Source: Acidobacteriota bacterium
Lineage (GTDB): Bacteria > Acidobacteriota > UBA6911
DNA: 64,000 bases
Assembly (NCBI GenBank): GCA_963664705.1
Contig: OY761556.1
Location: 3,040,001 to 3,104,000, forward strand
Direction: 5' to 3'
Part shown: positions 41,495 to 50,368 of the stretch, one piece after another
How the letters are laid out: each line of letters opens with the position of its first letter
Numbering within the stretch: position 1 is the first letter of the stretch
Translations under genes and position numbers: made by a program
The notes under the pieces: generated by a model
What the model saw: the letters and a program-made list of their open reading frames with translations, nothing else
What the model was told of the DNA's origin: nothing
Database searches by the model: none

Positions 41495-42934
41495 TTATTT
41501 GGAGGGCGCAGCTTCCATATTGGCAATCGCGAACAACTCGCTTCGACTCATGATGTATAAAGCTCCATTCGCAGCAACCGGTGTGCTGTACACAGAACTA
41601 CCCATTAAATTCTTCGCGAGAGTCTTTTGCTTTTTGCCGGCCAGAAAAACAGCAACATCGCCATCTTCATCCGCGAGATATATCTTCCCGTCTGAAAGCA
41701 GCGGAGATCCCCAAATTGCAGACTGCAGATCGTAATTCCAATAGGATTTCCCGGTTTCACTGTCGAGACAATGCAGAACGCCGCTGAAATCGGAGATATA
41801 CACCAACCCATCGGCAATGGCCGCGGTCGAAATAGAGCGGCGGACTTTGTCGCTGTGCCAGACCCGTCCACTTTCGGTGATATCGCCGCTTTGGGATGGA
41901 TCAATACTGTACATATGACCGGGGCCTTCTCCATGTTCCGGATCCTGACCGCTGGGAACGAAGACCCTGTTATTAAAGAAGACCGGAGTAGCAATTCCGT
42001 AATTTTTTGTTTTGGGCCAGACTGCGTTTTTGGGGTTCAAATCAAAGGACCAGAGCCTCTCTCCGGTACGCGCATTGAAGCCGTAGAGCCATCCATCACC
42101 GCCGGGAAAGAAAACCTGCATCGTTCCATTGACTTCACCTAGAGCCGGCGAAGCCCATTGTCCGTGAAGGATATGATCGCCAGGTGAATTATCCTGCCAG
42201 ACAACTTTGCCGGAGTTTTTATTGACAGCAATGAAGCTTGGGGCTTTAGGCGCAAAGACCTTCTCGTGATTTTCCGATACACCGTTTGAGGTCTCCACGA
42301 AAATCAAGTCGCCCCAAATAACCGGCGAGGAGCTGGCCATGTTGTGCGCATAGGTCCCCAACTCCTGCATCATATCGAGCTTCCAGATTACATCCGCATC
42401 CAGTTTGCTTTTATAGGCTTCATTCTGAACCGGACCGTCATTTTTCCCATCTTGAAATCCCTCAGTATCCAGGCAGACGAGTTCGCCGCGATTTGTAACA
42501 TAATAGAGACGCTTTCCTTCCACTGCGGGAGAAGAACACACTCCCTGTTCCGGCCAATCGTTGGCCGGACCTGAATCCAGCTTGTCCGTTACCGCCTGCC
42601 AGAGAAATTGACCGTCAGATTCGCGGAAGCACATCAGGATTCCCTTGTCGTCTTTAATTTCCGGATTTCGCGCATGCGCATTGTTGGTTCCAACAAACAC
42701 TTTTCCGTCTGCAACAACGGGGTTACCGTAGGATGTATCCCCAAGTGCTGCTCTCCATTTTATGTTGCTGCCAGTCTTGAGATCCCAGGTCGAGGGCAGC
42801 CCGACAATGGAACTAATCATATTTCGCTGAACCGATCCTCCCCACATGGGCCAGTCCTGAGATACAAGCGGCAGAATGGAAGCCGCCAGCAATAGGGTTG
42901 CAGCACAAACAATTATAAAGTGCACGTGGCGCAT
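41495..42934 (-). CDS. exported PQQ-binding-like beta-propeller (BamB-like) protein
   Basis: signal peptide, DWPMWGG, repeated SSP...G.VY...G..W blades. Confidence 0.88.
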   Translation of the reverse strand: MRHVHFIIVCAATLLLAASILPLVSQDWPMWGGSVQRNMISSIVGLPSTWDLKTGSNIKWRAALGDTSYGNPVVADGKVFVGTNNAHARNPEIKDDKGILMCFRESDGQFLWQAVTDKLDSGPANDWPEQGVCSSPAVEGKRLYYVTNRGELVCLDTEGFQDGKNDGPVQNEAYKSKLDADVIWKLDMMQELGTYAHNMASSSPVIWGDLIFVETSNGVSENHEKVFAPKAPSFIAVNKNSGKVVWQDNSPGDHILHGQWASPALGEVNGTMQVFFPGGDGWLYGFNARTGERLWSFDLNPKNAVWPKTKNYGIATPVFFNNRVFVPSGQDPEHGEGPGHMYSIDPSQSGDITESGRVWHSDKVRRSISTAAIADGLVYISDFSGVLHCLDSETGKSYWNYDLQSAIWGSPLLSDGKIYLADEDGDVAVFLAGKKQKTLAKNLMGSSVYSTPVAANGALYIMSRSELFAIANMEAAPSK

Positions 42935-43032
42935 GGTCTTCTCGAATATCTTGCGATTATCTCATCGGATCTTGGATCCTTTAAGGTGGCGCTAGTCTGC
43001 CGCCTCAAGGGATCGCCGCACAAAGAACAGGT

Positions 43033-43572
43033 CTAAGGCTTTTCGGCGCCTGTTTTATCCGGGGAAGCATCCAATGCCTCCATGATCTTTGCTTCGAGTG
43101 CCTTCTCGTCCCCTCGGTTGTAACCATTCTGATAAAACAGAACCTCGTTCTTTCTGCCGAGCAGATAGTGGGTCGGTGTCATCGTGAGGCGATAATCATC
43201 CATAAGATCATCTTGGGATACACCCAGCAATACGGGCACGGTTATGTGATATTTCTCCGTCCAGCCTGCAATCAGTTTGCTTTCATCCGGCTTGACGTTG
43301 ATTATGACGTAGGACAACCCTTGTTCCTTATATTTGTCGTATATCTTCAGGACTTCTGGTATCGCAAGATTGCAATAAGCGCAACTTGGATAATAAAAGG
43401 CTACCAGGGTTAATTTGTTTGCAAAATCCGGCAAGGTTTTCGTGATGCCTTCGGGAGTTTTCAGCTTGAACGGTTTAAACTTTTCTGCTGCAGGCCCGAG
43501 GGTCGTTAATAGAATAAGGCAACAGACAGTCAGGATGGTAATTTGAATGCTTTTCCTATCGCTTCTTGTCAT
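43033..43572 (-). CDS. exported TlpA/ResA-like thioredoxin-fold redoxin
   Basis: signal/TM segment, FKLKT, FYYPSCAYC (CxxC), cis-Pro TPTHYLL; AAGGA SD. Confidence 0.85.
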   Translation of the reverse strand: MTRSDRKSIQITILTVCCLILLTTLGPAAEKFKPFKLKTPEGITKTLPDFANKLTLVAFYYPSCAYCNLAIPEVLKIYDKYKEQGLSYVIINVKPDESKLIAGWTEKYHITVPVLLGVSQDDLMDDYRLTMTPTHYLLGRKNEVLFYQNGYNRGDEKALEAKIMEALDASPDKTGAEKP

Positions 43573-43683
43573 TTTGTATTCCTTGCAAATGCACTCATTG
43601 ATCACATTCAGGCAAACAAAAATGTCCGCATAATTCAGCGGGCAGCCACAGATGGCCACCCGCCGAAATAAACAGAATATCAA

Positions 43684-44787
43684 CTATTTTGCTGGTTTCT
43701 TTCCGCCGAGGCTGAAAGTCACGCCGAATTGCAGACTCATTTTATTCAGATTCCCGCTTTGCTGGGTGCCGGTAAAGTCCTTCAATATACCACCCCACAC
43801 ACGGACGGGAACTGTTAGAAAATAGGATCCAAGCTTTGTTCTCAGCGACAGGCCTGGGTTCAATGTTACAAGATATCCTGGCTGCCGATATCCCTCGGAA
43901 CCAGTCAGGACATTAAACGTCGGCACTCCCGCAATCTGGCTGCCCAAAGAGACGGAGAGCCCCTTCAAATGCGGGACAGGCGCGGACATGCCGGCATTAT
44001 ATAGATAGGAATCGGGCGTGGCGTTATAGCGCTTATTCGCCGCTACGGCGTCAGGCCCACCCGGGTTAAATGTGGACATGATTGACTGGGTATTGTTCTG
44101 CTCCTTGAAACTGAACAGATATAGAGCATTTGCATACACAGCGAAATGGCTGAACCTTCGGTATCCCTGCATTGCCACTCGGAGCCCGGCCGCACCGCTG
44201 CCAGGTTGTACGTCCGATTTTGCAGCATGGAGCTTGATATCCTGTCCCAGAATATTGGGGAACATAACCTGATAGTCCGAGTTTCCAGTAGGTAATCTGA
44301 AGGCCAACTGGAAGGCCATGTTCTGTTTTGTATTCTTTTCAGGATTGAAGAGCCATACGCGCCCGCCAATTATGGCATCACCCAGGCCTTTGGTTTTCAT
44401 TTCACGCCGTGAGCCTGCAATGGGATAGTTCCAGTAGGAATCGAGTAAGACCGGAACATCTGCGGTGATGTTGATTCTGCGGGTAAGGGCATACGCGCCC
44501 TGGAAGTTTAAGGATGTGCCACCCTGTTTTGGAGCCGCGTCCGCATTAATGAGGTCGCTCCGCAACTGGGTTCCGGTGAAGTATTGGTCGCTGTTAAACC
44601 GATTCAAACTGCCTTGAATCTGCCATTCTCCCTTTTCCAGATAGGGTCCAAGTAGGCCGCCGCTCATGGGGGCCACATTTCTTGCTAAAATTCAACCACA
44701 ACCTTGTGAAAACGCGCTCTGTGGCGCAAGCAGAGCCAGGCAAAGTGCCCACGGCACCAGCCAGCCCAGCAATTTCATCTTTGTCAT
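43684..44787 (-). CDS. exported beta-barrel protein, paralog 2, candidate selenoprotein (QG-C-G-U; UGA at 44692-44694)
   Basis: AAGGA SD; MTKMKLLGWLVPWALCLALLAPQSAFS/QGCG-UGA-ILAR; UGA is codon 32 in both paralogs; GGCC...GGCC hairpin downstream. Confidence 0.85.
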
Positions 44788-45019
44788 TTCTATTCCTTTC
44801 CATACACAGTTGTTTCAGCATTCAGAAAACCAGTTCATTTGACCAAAGCTTCCTCGCATTATGCAACAAGAAAGTTCTGCCAAATTGAGTAAGGCCAATT
44901 TCGCATACCTCCATAGGTCCGCGGCACTTTTATTGTCCGAAGGCAAATCCTAACTCAGATCTATTTTGCTCCGAAAAGCCTTGCTTCTATTCCCCTATCG
45001 GTGACACACTTATTCTGAC

Positions 45020-45061
45020 ATGAATAAAGTATTTACATCCCGCTTCTCCGGCTTCACTTGA
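45020..45061 (+). promoter_or_regulatory. leader peptide D, MNKVFTSRFSGFT-UGA, upstream of the RelE-like gene
   Basis: ends TTC TCC GGC TTC ACT TGA (synonymous variants); conserved arm CGTCGGTACGCCGTC at 45078-45092. Confidence 0.75.
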
Positions 45062-45153
45062 TAATCCTTTCCATACACGTCGGTACGCCGTCATCCTGAT
45101 TTCTCATTTTCGATAATCCAAATTGTGAGCTCATTGCAGCTGCGGAGCTTTGC

Positions 45154-45669
45154 GTGCAAGACACTGCGAAAGATAAGCCTCTTCTTATTCATCGACTCAA
45201 AACCTTTGATCGGAGCCTCGAAGAATTGCGGCACAAAGCCGGATCTGGTGAAATTGCGGCCAGCAAAGCGGAACAGCTGATTCGGCAGCTTTCGGGATCC
45301 AACGATATCAACTTGCGCAGGCAATTCAGATTTACCCGGAGTGGTGAAAACAGGATTACTTATTGTAGAAAATATGATTTGGGTTGCGGGTATCGGCTTG
45401 TATTCATCAGGAAAGGAGAGCAAATCGCCTTTCTATATGTTGGGACACATGACGACTGCTTTCGTTGGATTAGCCGAAATAGGGGATTTACCTACGAATT
45501 CGTTGATTCAATGAATAATCCCGAGCCTCCACGGCCAGAAGCTGAAACCAATCATTTCTCCGATGAACATCAATATCTTGAAACAGACGAATATGAAGAC
45601 CAGCTGATGCGCAAAATAGATGACAAAATTTTGCGGGTTGTCTTTGCCGGCCTGACAACACAGTCTTAG
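45154..45669 (+). CDS. hypothetical protein with RelE/YafQ-like core and acidic tail
   Basis: RKYDLGCGYRLVF...FLYVGTHD resembles the RelE/YafQ-superfamily C-terminus; GGAG SD before GTG. Confidence 0.6.
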   Translation: MQDTAKDKPLLIHRLKTFDRSLEELRHKAGSGEIAASKAEQLIRQLSGSNDINLRRQFRFTRSGENRITYCRKYDLGCGYRLVFIRKGEQIAFLYVGTHDDCFRWISRNRGFTYEFVDSMNNPEPPRPEAETNHFSDEHQYLETDEYEDQLMRKIDDKILRVVFAGLTTQS

Positions 45670-45779
45670 TTCAGTTTTTTGATAGAAGATACTTCATATT
45701 TGCAGCATTCAGCAACGCGTGTTTTGGACCCAATCAAATTGTACCCTCATCCCAATCCCGAGTGAAAAACCAGCCACCA

Positions 45780-45827
45780 TCCCCGTTTCCCATCCATGGG
45801 CTTATAGTCGTGGCTGGGAAACGGGGA
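45780..45827. terminator. long hairpin between convergent genes
   Basis: TCCCCGTTTCCCA...TGGGAAACGGGGA, 13-bp outer stem. Confidence 0.6.
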
Positions 45828-45845
45828 ACTGATAACAGGGCGCTA

Positions 45846-48197
45846 TTAAGCTTTACCAAGCGCTTTAAGCACCTTATCCGGCGTGGCAGGCGGGTCTACC
45901 CATTTATCAATTGCATTGTAAATGGCACAGATGATCATATGTGTGTTTGACATGGAATGGCTGATGCCGTTGGCCCCGTAGGTTCCATTGCCGGCGCGCG
46001 TTTCAACCAGACTCGTCTGTAGCTTCGGCACATCCAGCATGCCCGGTTTTTTGTACTCGATCATGTTGGTATTGAGTTTTACGCCGGTCTGCTTATCGTA
46101 GAAGTAGTCTTCAAACATCTGGCATCCCTGGCTGAAGAACGCAACCTGGTCGAGTTGCCCCTCAAGCGAAATGCGCCTGATTACTTTGCCCGAGTCCACC
46201 GCGGCTCCGTACCTCAGGATTTCCACCTCACCCGTTTCTGTATCGACAGCCACTTCGCAGTACAGAGTATTCAGTGTGTCATACTTGCTGGGCCATAGCG
46301 GTGCGGGAGGATGCCCGGCAAATGTCGCAAATACGTTTGACGAGAGACTCTTGATTGGTACCCCGGCAGTCTTGTCTGACTTGAGTACTATTTTGCCATT
46401 TACTATATCCAGGTCTTCCGGCTTCTTGCCCTTCAACGGGTTTGGAGCCGTCTTTCGCGGCGGTCCGAATCCTCCAGCCGCCGGTTTGTCCGCTTCAGCA
46501 ATCGCCGCTTCAAAAATGCGCTGTCTGAATATCTGGCAGCATTCTTTCATGACCCAACCCGTAGCTACAAGTCCGTCTGCCCCTCCGCTAATAGACACGA
46601 ACATTGCATTGGGATCATAATCAATGCTGATATCCGCAGCTTCCAGGCCGAGCTCTTCTGCGGCAATCATGGCAACGCCTTCAACAGAAAATACCCCAGC
46701 ATGGGGACCCTGGATCGGCATGTGCACAACTCCGTTCCGAAGCTCGAGCACTGCGTGAAAATCACTGCCCATTGCATGCCTTGGGCACATCTGGTATCTG
46801 AAACCGGCCCCGTGCATCCTGCCGTCAGGCAGTTTCTTTGCGCCGTTTTTATGCCAGGTCCAGTTCATCATTTTCTTTCCGGCTTCGATGCAGGCGTCAA
46901 AGCTGGGAACCGATCTTGTGTCCTTCTGTCCGTCAGGCCCATGGAGGTTCAGCCTGGCAATATCGATTGGGTCTTTCCCAAGTTTCTCGGCAATTATATG
47001 AATTGCCATAGTAACGGAGTCCCAATTGAAGGGACAAAATTGCGAACTGAATGGCATCAGACCGCGATTGCTGTCCACGATATCCATTCTCTGCCGGATG
47101 TTAAGGCATTTTGTTCCTATGTACGGTCCGTAACCCTGATCGCCAATAGTCCCGAAAAATGAATTGCCTGTAGTGCCGCCGTCGGCAATAGAGAAATCAT
47201 CGAAAGCGGTAATCAGTCCGTCCTTTGTAAATCCCACCTTCATGTGAATAAAACGCTGCTGAATCATGAAATCAAAGGTGTCCTTGCGTGTGTTTATGCA
47301 ACGCACGGGCCTTCCGGTCCTCTTTGCCAGAAGCGGCGTAATCTGCTGGGATCGTCGTATCGTCCAGTCGCAGTACTTGCCACCCTGAAAGAGCCCTTCC
47401 TGTACCGTCTTTTCCGGCGGCAGACCGTACAATTGTCCGATCGCGTTTTTGCCGCCGCTGGCGTGCCAGACAGCGCCTTCTATATGGAGATTATCTCTTC
47501 CAAGGTAAGGATCATCGAACCACCACGCTACGGAACTGTGCGGATTGGGAGAAGCGGAAGCATACGTAGGCATGTTTAGGTCGTATTCGATAATGTAATC
47601 GGCTTCCTTGAAACCTTGCTCTACATCTCCCTGGTTTTGATTTGAATAGGAAACATTCCCTTTTTTCGGAGGATTGTTATTCCCTCCCCCACCGAAAGGA
47701 TTGCTGGGACCGCCTCTATCCTCGGGCCGAATCACCGGAGCGCTGGCTTCTCTTCCCGCTTTGATATCCACGACATGCGGAAGGATTTCCCATTCCACAT
47801 TAAGTGCCTTTAAAGCCTCATCGCAGATATCTCCATTTTCCGCTACCACAATGAATCCCACTTCTATGTTTTCTTCTTCTGCAACATCGGAAATAAAAGG
47901 CTGGGGCGCACCGCCCATGCCGCCACGCTGCAGCTTTTTTAAGTCTTCATCCTTCCATGTGACGATATCCACAACTCCGGGAACAGCCTTGGCTTTTTCG
48001 AGATTGAAACTTTTTATCCTTGCGTGCGCATGAGGACTGCGCAGAAATTTGGCTTCGAGCATATTGGGAACGACATAATCGATTCCGAATTTAGCGAGAC
48101 CCGAGGCAACTGCCCATGACAGTTTGCCGGGCAGGTTTGCCCTGCCGACTACCCTGAAATCCTCTCTTTGTCCGTTAGTTCCTGTTAAATCAGCCAT
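45846..48197 (-). CDS. xanthine dehydrogenase-family molybdopterin-binding subunit (atypical active-site motifs)
   Basis: LRSPHAHARI, LAKRTGRPV, EVAVDTETGEV, VDSGKVI. Confidence 0.88.
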   Translation of the reverse strand: MADLTGTNGQREDFRVVGRANLPGKLSWAVASGLAKFGIDYVVPNMLEAKFLRSPHAHARIKSFNLEKAKAVPGVVDIVTWKDEDLKKLQRGGMGGAPQPFISDVAEEENIEVGFIVVAENGDICDEALKALNVEWEILPHVVDIKAGREASAPVIRPEDRGGPSNPFGGGGNNNPPKKGNVSYSNQNQGDVEQGFKEADYIIEYDLNMPTYASASPNPHSSVAWWFDDPYLGRDNLHIEGAVWHASGGKNAIGQLYGLPPEKTVQEGLFQGGKYCDWTIRRSQQITPLLAKRTGRPVRCINTRKDTFDFMIQQRFIHMKVGFTKDGLITAFDDFSIADGGTTGNSFFGTIGDQGYGPYIGTKCLNIRQRMDIVDSNRGLMPFSSQFCPFNWDSVTMAIHIIAEKLGKDPIDIARLNLHGPDGQKDTRSVPSFDACIEAGKKMMNWTWHKNGAKKLPDGRMHGAGFRYQMCPRHAMGSDFHAVLELRNGVVHMPIQGPHAGVFSVEGVAMIAAEELGLEAADISIDYDPNAMFVSISGGADGLVATGWVMKECCQIFRQRIFEAAIAEADKPAAGGFGPPRKTAPNPLKGKKPEDLDIVNGKIVLKSDKTAGVPIKSLSSNVFATFAGHPPAPLWPSKYDTLNTLYCEVAVDTETGEVEILRYGAAVDSGKVIRRISLEGQLDQVAFFSQGCQMFEDYFYDKQTGVKLNTNMIEYKKPGMLDVPKLQTSLVETRAGNGTYGANGISHSMSNTHMIICAIYNAIDKWVDPPATPDKVLKALGKA

Positions 48198-48255
48198 TGT
48201 ATACCCCCATGATTAATTGCAGCGCTGCGTAGGTTGCGATAATGTAATTAGATTG

Positions 48256-49299
48256 CTAAGCTAATTTTTCCAGAATCGGCTGTAATCTTGATGGCTCCAG
48301 TCCGATTGAAAAGGCGTTGATACCTTCCATAATTTTGAAAGATCCTGATTCAGACTTCGCGTCCATAATCAGTACATTCCCTCCAAAGCGTGGTTTCATA
48401 ATTCCCACACGGTGTTGAACCTGCCCAATGGTTTCAGAGTCAGTGAGGTTCTTTTCCATTAAAGACTCTATTGTGAGATCCGGCCCATTGATTGTCCGCT
48501 TATGCATATCCGCGTATACCGGCGTTTTGTTCACATCCGGAACAACGGACAGAAAGATCACTCTGGAATCAAGCACAGAAGATGTATCGCCGTTGCGATT
48601 CCGCAGCAGTCTTTGGGTTGCAATCTCAACCGGAACATAGTAAGAATCCACTTCTCTGGCCAAAGGCATCTTAAAAGCTATATATCTGCCCAGTTTTTTC
48701 GAATGGAGAACAAATTCCGGGATGCGCTTTGCAGGGTGATGGAACTGACGTCCGAAAGCAATTTCTCCGATTTCGACAACAAGAGGCTTATTGTCGGCAT
48801 CGAGAGCGACCCCAAGAATTCCATCAGGTTCGAGCTCAACGGTAAGGGCAAGCGCAACCCAGGCTTCATACCCTCTCCGAAACATTGCTGTTGTATCTAC
48901 GATAAGATCGTTTCCCACAACCCATTCAAAATCACCCTCAGGTATTTTCCCCTGAACCAGTTCAAATAGCCGGTTGTATATGAGGCGCATCATCCCTTGT
49001 TGGGGATTGTGAAGAAAGCTGGACAGATCGAGCGGCAACTGAATTTTGCAATTTAGTGTATTGGACAACCTGGTTTCAGACTCAATGTAATTTTGCGAGA
49101 GAGCGAAAATGTCCAATGCAAATGAACGGCTCCATGATTCGACGATTGCCGCTCGGACGTTGTCAAAATGCGCATAGAATCTGTCACGCCGATCTTTAGG
49201 AATGTGCACTTCATGTGGAGAAATATGGATTTCCGGGTTTGACGAAATGAATTCACTCAGAATCCCATACTCGCGTTTCCACTTTGGATCAAGAGTCAT
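48256..49299 (-). CDS. hypothetical protein inserted between the XDH-family FAD and Mo subunit genes
   Basis: 347 aa ORF; visibly more AT-rich than its neighbours. Confidence 0.65.
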   Translation of the reverse strand: MTLDPKWKREYGILSEFISSNPEIHISPHEVHIPKDRRDRFYAHFDNVRAAIVESWSRSFALDIFALSQNYIESETRLSNTLNCKIQLPLDLSSFLHNPQQGMMRLIYNRLFELVQGKIPEGDFEWVVGNDLIVDTTAMFRRGYEAWVALALTVELEPDGILGVALDADNKPLVVEIGEIAFGRQFHHPAKRIPEFVLHSKKLGRYIAFKMPLAREVDSYYVPVEIATQRLLRNRNGDTSSVLDSRVIFLSVVPDVNKTPVYADMHKRTINGPDLTIESLMEKNLTDSETIGQVQHRVGIMKPRFGGNVLIMDAKSESGSFKIMEGINAFSIGLEPSRLQPILEKLA

Positions 49300-49319
49300 A
49301 AATATCTTGTCTATGAACC

Positions 49320-49394
49320 GTCCATCGGGTCGGAATCGGAATCGAAATTAGGCTTCCAACCCCAATACCGATTCCGACCGCGAATCCGATGGAC
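49320..49394. repeat. imperfect inverted repeat containing GGAATC hexamers
   Basis: TCCATCGG-GTCGGAATCGG...CCGATTCCGAC...CCGATGGA. Confidence 0.55.
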
Positions 49395-49405
49395 ATTCTA
49401 AATGG

Positions 49406-50356
49406 TTAGACAGTTGCCAGGAGCGCTCGTTTGACGAGCGTCTTTGCGATCTGCACTTTGTACTTGGTGGCACTCAACGGCTTGGCGTCTTCAACCGCAG
49501 CCGCGCCGGCCGCTTCGGCATTGGCTTCATTGATAGCCTTGCCTGCGATCGCCGCTTCGGCCTTGACCGCGCGATACGGTTTCGGGGCAACGGCATTCAG
49601 AGCAATCCTCGGAGCTCCTCCCCCCACCATCACGGCACAGTTGACGATCGGGAAATCGATCGACTTGCGGATGGCGAATTTGAGGAAAGCGCTCTTGGCA
49701 CCGGCCGGAGGGGTCGGGACCTGGATTTCGGTGATGAATTCGCCGGCAGCGAGAACGGTGTTGCCGGGGAATTTGACATCAAAGAAATTCTCGGCATTGA
49801 TCTTGCGCGTGTTGGTCACCACGGAGGCATTCAAAGCAATGAGAGCCGGGGCGACGTCGCTGGGATGAACGGCGATGCATTTGTTGACGTTGCCGAAGAT
49901 GGAGTGATAGCGGTTGTCGCCCATCATAGCAAAGCAGGTTGTGCCACCCTTGCGGACGCAAGGGAACCGGTTTTCCGGCTTCCGGAAGTACCAGCAGCGG
50001 TGGAGCTGAGCGATGTTGCCGCCGATGGTGCCCATGTCGCGGACATGGGGCGTGGCGACGCGCAGAGCTGCCTGAGCCAGAGCGGTGTATTTCGCATTGA
50101 TGTCCTTGTTGGCTGCGACATCCGCAAGGCGTGTGGCGGCGCCGATTTTCAGGATACCGGCTTCTTCCTTGATGTAATCGAGACCCGGGGTAACGGTCTT
50201 GATGTTAATCACGGCTTCGGGGTACGTGGGAAGGATGTTGTCCTTGAGCCGGCCGATGAGATCGGTGCCCCCGGCAATGATTTCTGTTTTTCCGCCGGCA
50301 AGGGCAGTTTTGACCTCGGCCAGGGTTTTTGCATTCGTATGATTGAAACCTTTCAT
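49406..50356 (-). CDS. xanthine dehydrogenase-family FAD-binding subunit (PaoB/YagS-like, with 4Fe-4S insert)
   Basis: IAGGTDL, MGTIGGNI, RCWYFR...C..KGG..C...C insert. Confidence 0.92.
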   Translation of the reverse strand: MKGFNHTNAKTLAEVKTALAGGKTEIIAGGTDLIGRLKDNILPTYPEAVINIKTVTPGLDYIKEEAGILKIGAATRLADVAANKDINAKYTALAQAALRVATPHVRDMGTIGGNIAQLHRCWYFRKPENRFPCVRKGGTTCFAMMGDNRYHSIFGNVNKCIAVHPSDVAPALIALNASVVTNTRKINAENFFDVKFPGNTVLAAGEFITEIQVPTPPAGAKSAFLKFAIRKSIDFPIVNCAVMVGGGAPRIALNAVAPKPYRAVKAEAAIAGKAINEANAEAAGAAAVEDAKPLSATKYKVQIAKTLVKRALLATV

Positions 50357-50368
50357 GAGTGTCTCCTC

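Noticed and set aside
44860-44885. Sigma54 promoter upstream of CxU paralog 2
   Set aside because: The spacing between TGGCA and TTGC is wrong for -24/-12.
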